Shown here piece after piece: positions 48,839-59,223 of a stretch of 64,000 nucleotides of DNA. The notes beneath the pieces were generated by a model that did no database searches, was not told where the DNA came from, and saw only the letters and a list, made by a program, of their open reading frames with translations. The stretch covers positions 1,396,507 through 1,460,506 of the forward strand of contig OY759598.1 in NCBI GenBank assembly GCA_963662435.1, in the 5' to 3' direction. Made by a program: the position numbers and the translations under genes. Numbering within the stretch: position 1 is the first letter of the stretch; each line of letters starts with the position of its first letter. Source of the DNA: Dehalococcoidia bacterium. Lineage in GTDB: Bacteria > Chloroflexota > Dehalococcoidia > Lucifugimonadales > VXLM01.

Positions 48839-49507
48839 ATGTCAAAATCAGACGTAGAGAACTTGAGAAAGATCGAAGCCCTTCTCCGACAGGCATATTC
48901 GGAAACGCATGAAATGCTCAATGATCCGGAACTAAGCTCAGTTGTAAAGGATGGGCTTTCGATATCGTATGGCCCTCCGATCCACAAACCCGACCTCCTA
49001 CTCCTGTCTTTTCAGGGAGCCGGTGACGATAAGAAGGTACAAAAGGAGTGGCCGAAGAAACTGCTGTACGTTGACAGCCCGTACAAATTCGGTACGAACC
49101 TTCGAAAACTGTGCCGTGATACAGGGCTCTATCCGTCACTCGAAGAATCCACCATGGCGTTTCCAGCTGTCTTCCCTCAGGACAAGGAAACGAAGCATTG
49201 GAGGAACGAGAAGGAGCCTTACTCAGTTTGGCGTCGCCACTCAGTCAAATGGGTAGAACGACTAGTCAGAGTGATCGAGCCGAAGGTAGTGATGGTTTTT
49301 GGGCAAGAAACTTCAAGAGCTTTCGGCATTCGTTGGGATAAAGTCGAACGCAATCATGGACAAAACTGGCAGACATTTGGAGTGTCCCATTTTCAAGGCA
49401 CTCCTGCAGTATACTGTTGCCATCTGTCTCGCCCTGTAGAGTCTGAGGCCCGGAAATGTTTCAAGTACGCCGAGAGACTTGTCTCTAAGAGAAGGAAACT
49501 CTTATGA
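48839..49507 (+). CDS. Uracil-DNA glycosylase superfamily-like protein
   Basis: DLLLLSFQG, VIEPKVVMVFG, YCCHLSRP resemble UDG-fold motif positions. Confidence 0.55.
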   Translation: MSKSDVENLRKIEALLRQAYSETHEMLNDPELSSVVKDGLSISYGPPIHKPDLLLLSFQGAGDDKKVQKEWPKKLLYVDSPYKFGTNLRKLCRDTGLYPSLEESTMAFPAVFPQDKETKHWRNEKEPYSVWRRHSVKWVERLVRVIEPKVVMVFGQETSRAFGIRWDKVERNHGQNWQTFGVSHFQGTPAVYCCHLSRPVESEARKCFKYAERLVSKRRKLL

Positions 49508-49767
49508 CCTACGACGAACTCTTCGCCTATGCCAACCACATCCACAGCATCGAGTGCTCAATGATAACCTACAGATCCGCCACCGACGACCCCGCCACCC
49601 GCTCCGCCTTCCTCACGGGACGGCCATTCCCCGCCCTGCTGAACCTCGGCCTAACCATGCCGCTCAGGGTGACCGGAGCCGTCCACGCCATCCTCGTTGT
49701 CAACGAGCCCAAGGCCGACGAGCGCGCATACCACGTCGTGGACAAACTCACGCGCAGCCAAAACTAA
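49504..49767 (+). CDS. Small hypothetical protein
   Basis: ATGA overlap, SD AAGGA, C-ending codon bias. Confidence 0.45.
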   Translation: MTYDELFAYANHIHSIECSMITYRSATDDPATRSAFLTGRPFPALLNLGLTMPLRVTGAVHAILVVNEPKADERAYHVVDKLTRSQN

Positions 49768-49942
49768 AGAGTAATCCAACCCGGGGCGCTGGGGTTGCGC
49801 CGCCCTCGATAGGAGATGTCCCGGCCACCGTGAGAGGACCAGGCGCACCGTCTCAGCCCCGAATTGCCGTGGCGGGCGTGCCTCAACGCCGGTGCAACTG
49901 CTAGGCGGCCCGCCGCGGCTCTAACTCGAAAGGAGAACCCAC

Positions 49943-50143
49943 ATGAACCTGCATGATCTCATAGAAACAGGCACGAAGCCGCCTAGGAAAGGCACGCGTG
50001 TCCGCATCAACAACAACGCCAAGAACTACGCCTTCCGTGGAGCGCGCGCTTGGAGCAGCACCTATCTTGTCGGCTTATATACCGATACCGGCGAGCACAT
50101 TGTCGTCACCGCCAAAAGCGTCGACATCCTCACGCAAGAATAG
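49943..50143 (+). CDS. Small SH3/KOW-like hypothetical protein
   Basis: SD AAAGGAG; RKGTRVRIN...LVGLYTDTGEHIVVTAKSVDIL. Confidence 0.45.
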   Translation: MNLHDLIETGTKPPRKGTRVRINNNAKNYAFRGARAWSSTYLVGLYTDTGEHIVVTAKSVDILTQE

Positions 50144-50153
50144 GAGACACACA

Positions 50154-50489
50154 ATGCGCGATCGGCCCGGCGAAGACGAGTTGATGGACGAGCGTATAGA
50201 GCGCCTTGAGGAAATGCGCGAGCGCGAGCGTTCTGGCGAACTGACCGGGGACGACTACGAGCGCCTCGAGCGGGACCTGCGGCACGTGGAGCGCCTCCTT
50301 GAGGACCTACACCGCAAAGCCGACCGCATCAGAAGCGCTCGCCGCGCCAACAGGCTCCTCCAGGTCTTCTATGCTTGCCTCGGCCTCTTCCTCCTCCTAA
50401 CGCTGGTCGTCGTCCTCATCGCCGCGGTTCTTGTCATAGGCATCGCCGTAGCGGAATACGTCACACTCCCCTGGACAACCGGACTATGA
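50154..50489 (+). CDS. Coiled-coil protein with C-terminal TM
   Basis: SD AGGAG; charged heptads then long hydrophobic segment. Confidence 0.6.
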   Translation: MRDRPGEDELMDERIERLEEMRERERSGELTGDDYERLERDLRHVERLLEDLHRKADRIRSARRANRLLQVFYACLGLFLLLTLVVVLIAAVLVIGIAVAEYVTLPWTTGL

Positions 50490-51060
50490 TTCCACTCGCC
50501 ATCCCCGCCGCCGCCACGCCGGTGCCGACACCTGCACCGATACATGTCGTATTCACCACGACGCCGTCCCCCACTCCTAAGCCTACGGCCACTCCGTGAT
50601 CGGGATGGGTGCGAACGCCATATACACCATATGGCACCCCGATAACACCACTAAAGTGTGCCCAGGGCTGGGGCGTCTCACGGCACGGCATCCAATCGAT
50701 CTTGAAGGAATGGGGGTATCAGTTCAAATCCTCAGGCAGCGGTGTGATTGCAACAAGGGGTTCGACGGATGTCGTCCTATTCGACCCTGATCAAGGCGAA
50801 TATATTGATTTCGACAAATGATGACCAGTTCGGGAACGTGCTAGTCTTAAGCGAGTTAGCGGGTATTATCAGTGTCGAGTGGCGGCAACTTGAATCGCTG
50901 TTCGACGGCCTCAGCGAGGGCAAGGACAAGGTGGAGAAAACCGTGCGCGGAATAACGTCCACCGTCGAGGTGCTGAGTCCGTCTACCCTTGCGTTCAGCT
51001 TCCAGAGGTGGGGCCATGCTGACCACGCCATAGCCGCATCTCCCCTCATGTCGGGGCGCC
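50486..51060 (+). pseudogene. Decayed Thr/Pro-linker protein
   Basis: In-frame TGA at 50597-99 between 50486-50599 and 50609-50821, then an apparent frameshift near 50818. Confidence 0.4.
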
Positions 51061-51148
51061 GCCGGCTTTTCCTCCAAGAGCAGCGTGCACCAGCCCGCCC
51101 CGGCACCCGGGCATTCACAACTCGCAACGACTTCAAAAGGAGAGCATA

Positions 51149-51331
51149 TTGGAAAACCAGGACCGACAACCAACGGAAGTCGTCATCACGGGCGTTGAGA
51201 TACCGTTCGATGACTTGGCATGGCTGGTGACCAAGATTGTAGTAATGGCTGCGTTGGTGTCCGCAACGGTCTATCTCACAGCCTTGGCAGCCTTCGCGCT
51301 GATCGCCGCCCTGCTGACTCGTGTGACTTGA
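51149..51331 (+). CDS. Small membrane protein
   Basis: SD AAGGAG; VVITGVEIPFDDLAWLVTKIVVMAAL. Confidence 0.55.
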   Translation: MENQDRQPTEVVITGVEIPFDDLAWLVTKIVVMAALVSATVYLTALAAFALIAALLTRVT

Positions 51332-51466
51332 ACGGAACCCTCCTCCGAAAGAACGTCGTGACCTCCCCTAGCCCTTCACCGCTTCCTACCACTTGAAAGA
51401 AGGGGCCCGACGCATCCGGTGCCTCGCCAACCTCCTCTCCCCCAGCCCGCCCCGGCACCCGCTTTT

Positions 51467-51504
51467 CCCCCTCTCCCGTTCGCGGGAGAGGGTTGGGGTG
51501 AGGG
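51467..51504. repeat. REP-like palindrome
   Basis: CCCCCTCTCCCGTTCGCGGGAGAGGGTTGGGGTGAGGG. Confidence 0.6.
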
Positions 51505-52197
51505 CGCCTAGCCTAATCCGTCTCCTCGAACCGCCACACCGGAGTCACCCACGGCACTTTCCTCTGGACTGACTGCACCCGCACCTGCACCTTCGCATCC
51601 ACCCACGCCTTGACGTGATTCCTCATCTCATGTTGCGGCGGGGGATTGTAAGCAATTCGTCAGGCGAGACGGCGACCTCGCGTTCGGTGACGGCTGAGTG
51701 GAGGCCCGTCTCCGTGATGATCACGGCCTCGTCCGAGAACCCGATATCGAGCGACGCGACCAACCGAAGGGTGACGTTGACCTGTCAAGGGCTACCTCCC
51801 TTCTGCTTTTCTACGCCTCTTGTAGACCCAATCAACCACTAGCCAGATTGCAACCCAGATTGGAGCAGTCAAAATGCTCCAGGAGATCAACATGAAGATA
51901 AGATGGACAGTCCAGCCAACAGCTTCGACAACCACATCATCATTCCAGATCATCTCATACCCTCACTCACCATGAAGTGTAAGATATCGGTTATTCAATC
52001 GAGAAAAAAATCAGATACACATCGGCTGTGGATCTGCGTCCCAGTTGAAGCCGATGACGATCGGTAGGTCCGGTCCCGTTCGAGTCGCCAAGGGCGGGTC
52101 GGGCCAAGCGGGAGTTGTTGGGGTGAATCCCCCTAGTTCCGACCCTAGGCTGTGGTGGAAGCAGCCGCTTCGGCAAGGGAGTTGGACGGTGGACAGT

Positions 52198-53091
52198 TCA
52201 TCCGTCTGCGCTTCTCGGACGCTCAATGCTCACCCGTAGGCTGGCGATGTCTTTTTTCTGCCAGGTTCCGGCTCGAAATTCCGGCCTGCTTCTCAGGTTA
52301 CCGATTACGTTCGATGACCGCCTCATGCGTTCGGCGTTCCAGCGGCGGACCTCTTTGCGCCCATCAGTGTACGACACTTCGAGCCACGCTTCCTTGGTGC
52401 GTAGCAAAGAATCCAGGAAATCTCTGGAGTTCGCTGGTTCCAGGGTAATTGGGAGGGGGGAGACCTGTCCACTCCTGCACGGCGGCTGGGAACCCGCACG
52501 GGCTTCTCGAGACAATACCAGCAGGGGTCTTCCTTCAAGGACAGCGTTTAGGTCCATGCCTGGTTCCTCGACGAAGTCGGGCGGCTCGCACACAGGGTTT
52601 CCGAAGAAGAACAGGTCCCACGATGCTTGGCGGATCGCCTGTTGTAATTCGCGGTGGGGGTGTTGCTCCTCGGTCAGCATACCTGCCCAGAACGGCATGT
52701 AACATAGGTTCCAGCCGGCGGTGAACGCGTTGGGGTTATGGGTATTTCCAAAAATGTGGCGTACTCCGTAGCCGGTGCCCCTCTCCAATCTGTGCCCGGT
52801 GTACCTCGTCCAAGCCATCTGGGCATAGGAGTTGTCGTCCAAGATGACTTGTCGTCTGTCTCCGGCATTCCAGGTGGCGCTCTCCCCCTTGTCAAGTCCG
52901 GAATAGTGTTCCCGGCTCCGTCGGGCTCGATCAGGGAAGTAGGGTGTCTCCTTCCGAACCGCGTCGGGGTGGACGAAATAGGTATGGGCGAAAGCAGCTT
53001 GGATGATAGATACTCCCCCCTCACGGAAGTAATCTGTCAAAGACCGTATTGGAGAGACCAAATCTCCGGTGTGGATGCGAATTCTTGGCAA
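52198..53091 (-). CDS. Hypothetical protein, possible HNH-like nuclease plus C-terminal basic domain
   Basis: SD GGAGG and TTG start; YGVRHIFG..HNPNAFTAGWNLCYMP. Confidence 0.55.
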   Translation of the reverse strand: MPRIRIHTGDLVSPIRSLTDYFREGGVSIIQAAFAHTYFVHPDAVRKETPYFPDRARRSREHYSGLDKGESATWNAGDRRQVILDDNSYAQMAWTRYTGHRLERGTGYGVRHIFGNTHNPNAFTAGWNLCYMPFWAGMLTEEQHPHRELQQAIRQASWDLFFFGNPVCEPPDFVEEPGMDLNAVLEGRPLLVLSREARAGSQPPCRSGQVSPLPITLEPANSRDFLDSLLRTKEAWLEVSYTDGRKEVRRWNAERMRRSSNVIGNLRSRPEFRAGTWQKKDIASLRVSIERPRSADG

Positions 53092-53528
53092 TATGCCACC
53101 TCCTTCAGAGGTTTCCCAACTGTCCGGTTCGAAGTCGTGCCCGGCCCATGATGGCGTTCGACACTCAGGCTGGGGAAGCGTGCCTGCACCCTCTCTCTGA
53201 TCAGTCTCTTGAAACCTGTGGATCAGGGGAGTTGCCACTCTGGTGTAGGAGACTGGAGACCCATTATTGCGGGGGATTCGTTTGAGCCGGTAAGTTGGTC
53301 AGGCCTGCCGCCGTCGTACCCGAGTCCAAGCATGAAGATCCAGTATCCAACAGCCCCCAGCAGAAGGACAATGACTGTGGCAGCGGTGACTTTACGGGAC
53401 AACGAAAGGCGAGCATCAGTGTGGGCTACCCCATCGCTCGTGCAGTCTGCCTCGTCGTTCCATCTGTGGGATCGATTCGGCAAGAACGTAACCACGTCCA
53501 TGGTTTCCAGGAGATATGATGCACTCGG

Positions 53529-54030
53529 CTACCTTGGGTGTCCTGAACACTCCTTTCCGATCCAGCGGCCGGTGGACTTCGGGAAATACGACGTCGTGAA
53601 ATTGTACTTGCCTGTAGTGGAACGCTTCAAGTGCTCGGTGAACTTGCCCTCGACCGCGATGACGCAACCAGTGCCGTAGGTCATAGCGACGTCAAGATGA
53701 GGCGGGGTGCCTGCATGCCCCGTATGGAATTGCGACTCGAAGTCCAGTGAATGCCCGCCTTGGGAATCGATGCCCAACGCCGACAGGATGGGAGTCTTAT
53801 CCCTATCGGTCCAGTAGTCGAAGAAGTTTAAGGCCAATGCCGAGGATGAGTGCAGCGCCAGCATGTGCCCACTCAGTTCGGAGCCAGCCCCTCTTTCAAG
53901 GCTCTGAGAGGCGAAAGAGATTGCCATAAGTTGTCTTCAACCTCCAGATCATAGCCGCGCGAGTAGAATGGGATTCCCTTCGATCTTGCCCAGTCCTGCT
54001 GTGCGTTCTTTATCTCTCGTTCGCCATCCT
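53529..54030 (-). pseudogene. PGN_0703-like PD-(D/E)xK restriction-type nuclease, frameshifted and truncated
   Basis: ALHSSSALALNFF, LDFESQF, PHLDV..IAVEGKFTE; N-terminal QQDWARSKG..EDNLW is in another frame. Confidence 0.65.
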
Positions 54031-54100
54031 CGACACCAACTACCACGCCATCAGGCTCGATAACGACGTCAGCACTCTCGAAACGCACCTCGAGCTCAAG

Positions 54101-54487
54101 ATGGACGATCTACCCGAAATCGGCAACAAGCTCATCGGAATACGTATTTATCTCGGCAACATCCTCGTCGTCGACGCCGGAGCACTCGAAACCAACAATG
54201 TGCTCTACGGTAAAGAAAAAATCAACGTCTTCATCAGCTCATTCGGCTTCAACCACCCCCTCGACGATGACAGGGTCGTAACAATCGCGGAGCGTATTGA
54301 CACCCGCCTCACAGTCCTCCTGAACGACACACCTGAGAGCATCGAGCTCCACCCCAACGGCACCACCACCACCTCGCCAGCTACCCACGTCCTAAGCAAC
54401 GTCCGCGACAACCTCTTCGCCGACCTCGAACGCCCAATTGACCTCGAAACGCTCAAACGACTCAAGGCCCTCGAGAGCACTCGCTAA
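54101..54487 (+). CDS. Hypothetical protein
   Basis: 128 aa, strong C-ending codon bias, followed by a hairpin. Confidence 0.5.
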   Translation: MDDLPEIGNKLIGIRIYLGNILVVDAGALETNNVLYGKEKINVFISSFGFNHPLDDDRVVTIAERIDTRLTVLLNDTPESIELHPNGTTTTSPATHVLSNVRDNLFADLERPIDLETLKRLKALESTR

Positions 54488-54500
54488 CAGCCGAAACGAC

Positions 54501-54529
54501 AGCGAGCCCACTTCAGGAGTGGGCTCGCT
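54501..54529 (+). terminator. 12-bp hairpin after the ORF
   Basis: AGCGAGCCCACT-TCAGG-AGTGGGCTCGCT; no strong T-tract. Confidence 0.45.
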
Positions 54530-55556
54530 CCTCCTATTCACTAGCGTTACGAACGAGAACGGCCGACCGATCAGCCCCTACACGAGCATTGGCCGGGACC
54601 TCACGGCCACCCGCTCCCGCGACAACTTTGCCACAGCAGGCAAGACGGCCTAATTACGAAAACCACTCCGAGGTCTATGCATTATTTGACCGGTTCTCGT
54701 AACAACAGCCGCGAATCTTTACGAGCGAATTTGCAGTTCAGTGAATTCCCACCGACGAAATCCGCCATCAAGCTTAAAAGGATAGGAGCCCCGAAACCCC
54801 AGCGACTTCGAGGCCCCCGTTAGGAGGTGCGCGAGGACATAACTACAACCCCCGCTACAATCACACCCTACCATCAACGACGATCTTGACTCAACCCTCC
54901 CGAGCGGCCGCACGCTGCGAATCGCACGACGAACGGTACCTGATCTGCAAACGCCGCGAATCACCACTTACCCTCTTACGCACATCGCCATACGGTCGAA
55001 AACGTACCAGGCCCCATTCTTCGCCTTCTTGTCACGCCTCTGACACCGACCATTCTACGGCTGTCCATCCTGCCAGACATGGACCATCGCCATCTCAGTC
55101 GGATAATCGACATTCACAGCAAACAAGAGTCACCTCCAGAGCAGTCCAGCACCATACGAGCGACCACACGGACGCCGCAAACCCCTTGACCAATACGCCG
55201 GCCAACCTTACACTCGACAAAACCTCAAAGACTACAGGCCGTTAAGGCGAAGAGGCCCCGACACCCATCGAGGCCCCCGCAAGTCCTGTTGCAGGAAGTC
55301 GCACCTTCCCGCCGTGCCAAAAGAATACCGACCTGTCAAGGGCGGACGGGGAAGCGACCGAAACGCCTCTAAACCATGTAGGGCGATGCAGATGGCCTTC
55401 TCATAAGTCGGCGAACTCAAGCACCTCAGCCAAAGCTACTTAGGTCTGAGCCGAAAGGAATGCCGCTCCCGATCGGGAATCCTATATGCCTGCTCTGATC
55501 GACACGATGGATGATTCGGTCGATTATGCAGACCCGCCAACCATAGCGGATGTCAT

Positions 55557-55742
55557 TCAGCCGATCAGTCGCCTGACCTCTTCCACTTGATCATCACTAA
55601 TGATCCTGAAAACTCTGGTCGTCGGATCCTCTGCTGCCACCCCACGAACGGCCTTGCGTCCACTCTTCATAGTCACCAATTCAGGATCCTTGATGGACAC
55701 CTTCTTCCTCAGCTTCATCGAATACGCCGTCAGTTCGACCAT
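55557..55742 (-). CDS. Small basic DUF5679-like protein lacking cysteines
   Basis: TAYSMKLRKKVSIKDPELVTMKSGRKAVRGVAAEDPTTRVFRI; SD GGAG. Confidence 0.65.
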   Translation of the reverse strand: MVELTAYSMKLRKKVSIKDPELVTMKSGRKAVRGVAAEDPTTRVFRIISDDQVEEVRRLIG

Positions 55743-55966
55743 TCCACTCTCCGTCCGATGTTGTATTAGTGTATCCGGCGTTAATTGACAGCCTGCCCTT
55801 GTAACGGGTAGGATGTGTCAGAACCCTATCGGCGAGGCTTCCGCCGAACCCGACACCCTCAGACATTCCCGCGTTTGAAGGTGTCATTTTGGGGGAAAAC
55901 AACTGTTCTGGTATTGGAGAAAGCCTACCCCGAAGGCTTGATGTTGTCAAGCGCAACTGTGAGTGT

Positions 55967-56854
55967 TCAGAGGGCGTTCCAGCAGCGGCGACAGTGGGTA
56001 TGCAAGCATCCGCAGAACCTCACTCCCACGTTTTGCATCCACACCCCACAGCCTTCGCAGTGCTGGTGGCTCCAGTCTCCGTGCCCACTTTCTGGATCAC
56101 CCAACTCTATCTCTGTTACTACGACGTCGCATTGAGAGCAATAACGGTGGCGATGCGCGTCATCCGCACAAGTCTTGCACTTTCCGCAGTAAGCGTGTTT
56201 GGGTGTAGCGTGCCTTCCGCATACCTTGCAGTAGCGGCACCCCGAAGAATTCCGGCGTTCACAAATGTCGCATATCGGATCTGGACAAGGATAGTTGTGC
56301 ATTACCGCAACAGGGATTGTGCCTTCGACCAGCACTGCCAAGTCCGCCGGTTCGGAGACATGAACTTCCAACACAGGCAGACCAGAGTCGATAACCGCCG
56401 GTTCTGGTGGATGCGTGTCGACGACCTCCACCAATCCCCTGGGCGTGTCTCCCGACATCAAAGTAATATCGGGCCTGATGTTCCAGGGTGAGAGATGCTG
56501 CTCAACCCGGATGCTGTTCAGAATCCCTTTACGCAGCAAATTGACCTCATGGGAGCTTCTTGACACTTCGTCTTGGCAAGGCCATTTGATAGAGACCGGT
56601 GCTCCGTTTGCCATGGCGTCAGTGAAGCGTTGGGATAGAATCCGTTTTGCGGTACTGTGCAACTGGCCTTCACATTCATAACCATCGGCCTGATGGTGGG
56701 CAAAATGATGTATCCTCACGTCGCCCTTCTTTGCCACTAACTCGGAATCACAGGATGCGCACCGTGCGCCGCAGGCTTTGCCGCGTGGAACGTCGTCGAC
56801 ATGGACTATTCGATCATCGCTATCTAACCCGTAGGGGATTCGGAACGTGGTCAT
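55967..56854 (-). CDS. CoiA-like protein: Zn-ribbon, PD-(D/E)xK core and Cys/His-rich tail
   Basis: CASCDSELVAKKGDVRIHHFAH, EGQLHSTAK, VEQ..IRPDI..LVEVVDTH, multiple CxxC. Confidence 0.7.
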   Translation of the reverse strand: MTTFRIPYGLDSDDRIVHVDDVPRGKACGARCASCDSELVAKKGDVRIHHFAHHQADGYECEGQLHSTAKRILSQRFTDAMANGAPVSIKWPCQDEVSRSSHEVNLLRKGILNSIRVEQHLSPWNIRPDITLMSGDTPRGLVEVVDTHPPEPAVIDSGLPVLEVHVSEPADLAVLVEGTIPVAVMHNYPCPDPICDICERRNSSGCRYCKVCGRHATPKHAYCGKCKTCADDAHRHRYCSQCDVVVTEIELGDPESGHGDWSHQHCEGCGVWMQNVGVRFCGCLHTHCRRCWNAL

Positions 56855-56857
56855 AGC

Positions 56858-57349
56858 CTAAAGGCGCATCTCCAGCTGCGATTCCAAGAAGTTCGACCGC
56901 CCGGTCAGGTCAGCGTACCGTAGCCGCTTGCCGACCGTTTCGTGCACAATCTTCTCCATTTGAGCGGCGGTGTCCAACGGTCGGCTGTTGTGGTGCCCGG
57001 AGAACTCGCAGACGTAGCGGGGCAAGTGTTTGAGGCTCAGCTTGTGGTACGTTCCGATGTGTCCTCGGCGGAGCATCGCCCAGAACGACTCAAGGCCGTT
57101 CGTGTGGGCCATATCTCGTACATACTCTCCGACGCTGTGCCGGACCGTCTCATGCCGACGACGCATCCCGATGTACGCCTTTGCTTCGTCGGTGTAGACC
57201 AGGTCGTCGGGTTCCGTGTTGCGATGCACGAAGCCCTGGAGCGTCAGCTTGTCGGTAGCCTCGACCACCTCGGCCTTGACCTGGTTCGTCGCGCGGTCCT
57301 TCATGCCAACGACCGGGAACTTGCTGTGGGCGGTTCCTACCTTCTCCAT
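56858..57349 (-). pseudogene. IS1595-family (ISXO2-like) transposase, C-terminal fragment
   Basis: VVGMKDRATNQVKA, VYTDEAKAY, HETVRHSVGEYV..AHTNGLESFWAMLRR, YVCEF; N-terminal Zn-ribbon missing. Confidence 0.85.
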
Positions 57350-57575
57350 GTGGCGGTTCTTGGTCGCGTGGATGTTTGTGGATGTGCCGTGTAAATCCCT
57401 TCCGTTGCAAAATTTGCTTGGAGGTACCGCTTTACGAATTCGGCGTTGGCTTCGAAGTTCGTCCTTTCCGACTCCGTGAGTCATGAACGGGGCGATTCCT
57501 CAACGGGCCGGTGTGACTGGTGGTCCATTGAAGTTCCGTTGGATTCTACGGGCTTCTTCGGGGAATGGATTGTGG

Positions 57576-58991
57576 TCAGGGGTCGGTGGGGCAACTGGGG
57601 CCTGCGGAATCACTTATGGTTATTAGCCATTGTGGGAATGGCTCGTTGGTGGGGGCGCAAAGACCGGAGTTGTCGTTGAAGGTTAGGGCTTCGAGGCGTA
57701 ATTCGGTGAGGTTGTGTGGAATGGTGCCGGTGAGCTGGTTGCTGTTGAGGTAGAGAATTTGAAGCTCGGAGAGTTTTCCAAGTTCGGGCGGGATCGGGCC
57801 CGTGAGTTGGTTGTTGTTGAGGTAGAGGTTCTTGAGGTTAGTGAGATTGCCGAGTTCGGGCGGGATCGGGCCCGTGAGTTCGTTGTCGTGCAGGTAGAGT
57901 CCGTCGAGCTGGTAGAGGTTGCCGACTTGCGGTGAGATGGGGCCGCTGAGTTCGTTGGAGGATAGATTGAGGGTTGTGAGGTTGGTTAGGTTGTCGAGTT
58001 CGCGCGGGATGGGGCCAGCGAGCTTGTTGGAAGACAGTTCGAGGGTCGTGAGGTGACGGAGGTGGCGAAGTTCCGATGGGATGGGGCCGGTGAGCTTGTT
58101 GAGGTGGAGGGAGAGTGTTCTTAGGCGGGAGAGGTTGCCGATCTCCGGCGGGATTGTACCGGTAAGCTCGTTGTGGTGAAGGGTGAGTACTACGAGGTTG
58201 GACAGGTTGCCCAGTGCGGGTGGGATCGGGCCGGTGAGTTGGTTACTTTGGAGGGAGAGTTGGACGAGCTGGGAGAGCTTCCCGAATGTGGGTGGGATTG
58301 GGCCGGTGAGTTGGTTGTTGTCGAGGGAGAGTCCGGTGAGGAGGGAGAGGTTGCCGAGCTCAGGCGGGATGGGACCAGTGAGTTGGTTGCTTTGGAGGGA
58401 GAGCGTTCCGAGTTGGGAGAGGTTGCCGAGTTCGGGCGGGATCGGGCCGGTGAGCTGGTTGCTTAGAAGGTAGAGTCTTCTGAGCTGGGAGAGGTTGCCG
58501 AGTTCGGGCGCGACCGGGCCAGTGAGTTGGTTGTAGTTTAGGGAGATTGATTGAAGCTCAGATAGATTCCCGAGCTCCGGTGGGATCGTACCGGTGAGGT
58601 TGTTGTTGGAAAGCTGGATGTGGGTGACGCGCCCCTGTGGATTGGTGCTGATACCATGCCAGTAGGACAGAGGGAGGCGGTCGTCGAGCCAGCCGGTGTG
58701 CGTCCAGTGGGGGCCGCCGGTGGCGTCATATAGGATTTCGAGGATCTCGCGGTCGCTGAGGGATGGGGTTGGGGTGGCGGGTTCGGGAGAGCTATCGTTG
58801 GTGGCGGTGGGCTTGGCAGAGGGGGAATTGCTGAAGGAAGGGGTTGGGGTGGCGGGTTCGGGAGAGTTATGGTTGGTGGCCGTAGGTTGGGCAGAGGGGG
58901 AGTCGCTGAGGCAGGAAGTCAGTGTGACCATTAAGGGGACGAGAAGGGCGATGGTTAGGATTGACGTGGTGAGAAGTTGGTGGGGTTTCAT
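57576..58991 (-). CDS. Leucine-rich repeat lipoprotein (24-aa plant-type LRRs)
   Basis: Lipobox LTSC, duplicated PT linker, N-cap DREILEILYDATGGPHW, ~13 x LxLxxNQLTGPIPPELGNLxxL, Cys C-cap. Confidence 0.93.
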   Translation of the reverse strand: MKPHQLLTTSILTIALLVPLMVTLTSCLSDSPSAQPTATNHNSPEPATPTPSFSNSPSAKPTATNDSSPEPATPTPSLSDREILEILYDATGGPHWTHTGWLDDRLPLSYWHGISTNPQGRVTHIQLSNNNLTGTIPPELGNLSELQSISLNYNQLTGPVAPELGNLSQLRRLYLLSNQLTGPIPPELGNLSQLGTLSLQSNQLTGPIPPELGNLSLLTGLSLDNNQLTGPIPPTFGKLSQLVQLSLQSNQLTGPIPPALGNLSNLVVLTLHHNELTGTIPPEIGNLSRLRTLSLHLNKLTGPIPSELRHLRHLTTLELSSNKLAGPIPRELDNLTNLTTLNLSSNELSGPISPQVGNLYQLDGLYLHDNELTGPIPPELGNLTNLKNLYLNNNQLTGPIPPELGKLSELQILYLNSNQLTGTIPHNLTELRLEALTFNDNSGLCAPTNEPFPQWLITISDSAGPSCPTDP

Positions 58992-59074
58992 GGTATGGCG
59001 CCTGGGTGCCCTCCTGGGGAAGGCAGTTGGTAAGTTCGTGTGACTAGCGCTACTGTCAATCGCTAGGATATGTC

Positions 59075-59200
59075 AGCCGACATTGCCAATACTTGGAGTC
59101 TTCAGACTCAGAGGCCAGTCCAAACGAGATAGTGGCAATCATAGTCAGGTCCTGCAAGGCCAGTCAATCTCCGATCAATCCGATCAGGGAAATGTCGGCT
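59075..59200. mobile_element. Putative MITE derived from the IS1380 end
   Basis: Perfect 10-bp IR AGCCGACATT/AATGTCGGCT; body matches ~46236-46330. Confidence 0.65.
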
Positions 59201-59223
59201 TCAAGTCAGAAGAGTGAGAACCG

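Noticed and set aside
54530..55550. 1-kb C/A-skewed non-coding stretch with a few imperfect hairpins
   Set aside because: No coherent repeat, RNA motif or ORF that I could support; probably decayed mobile DNA
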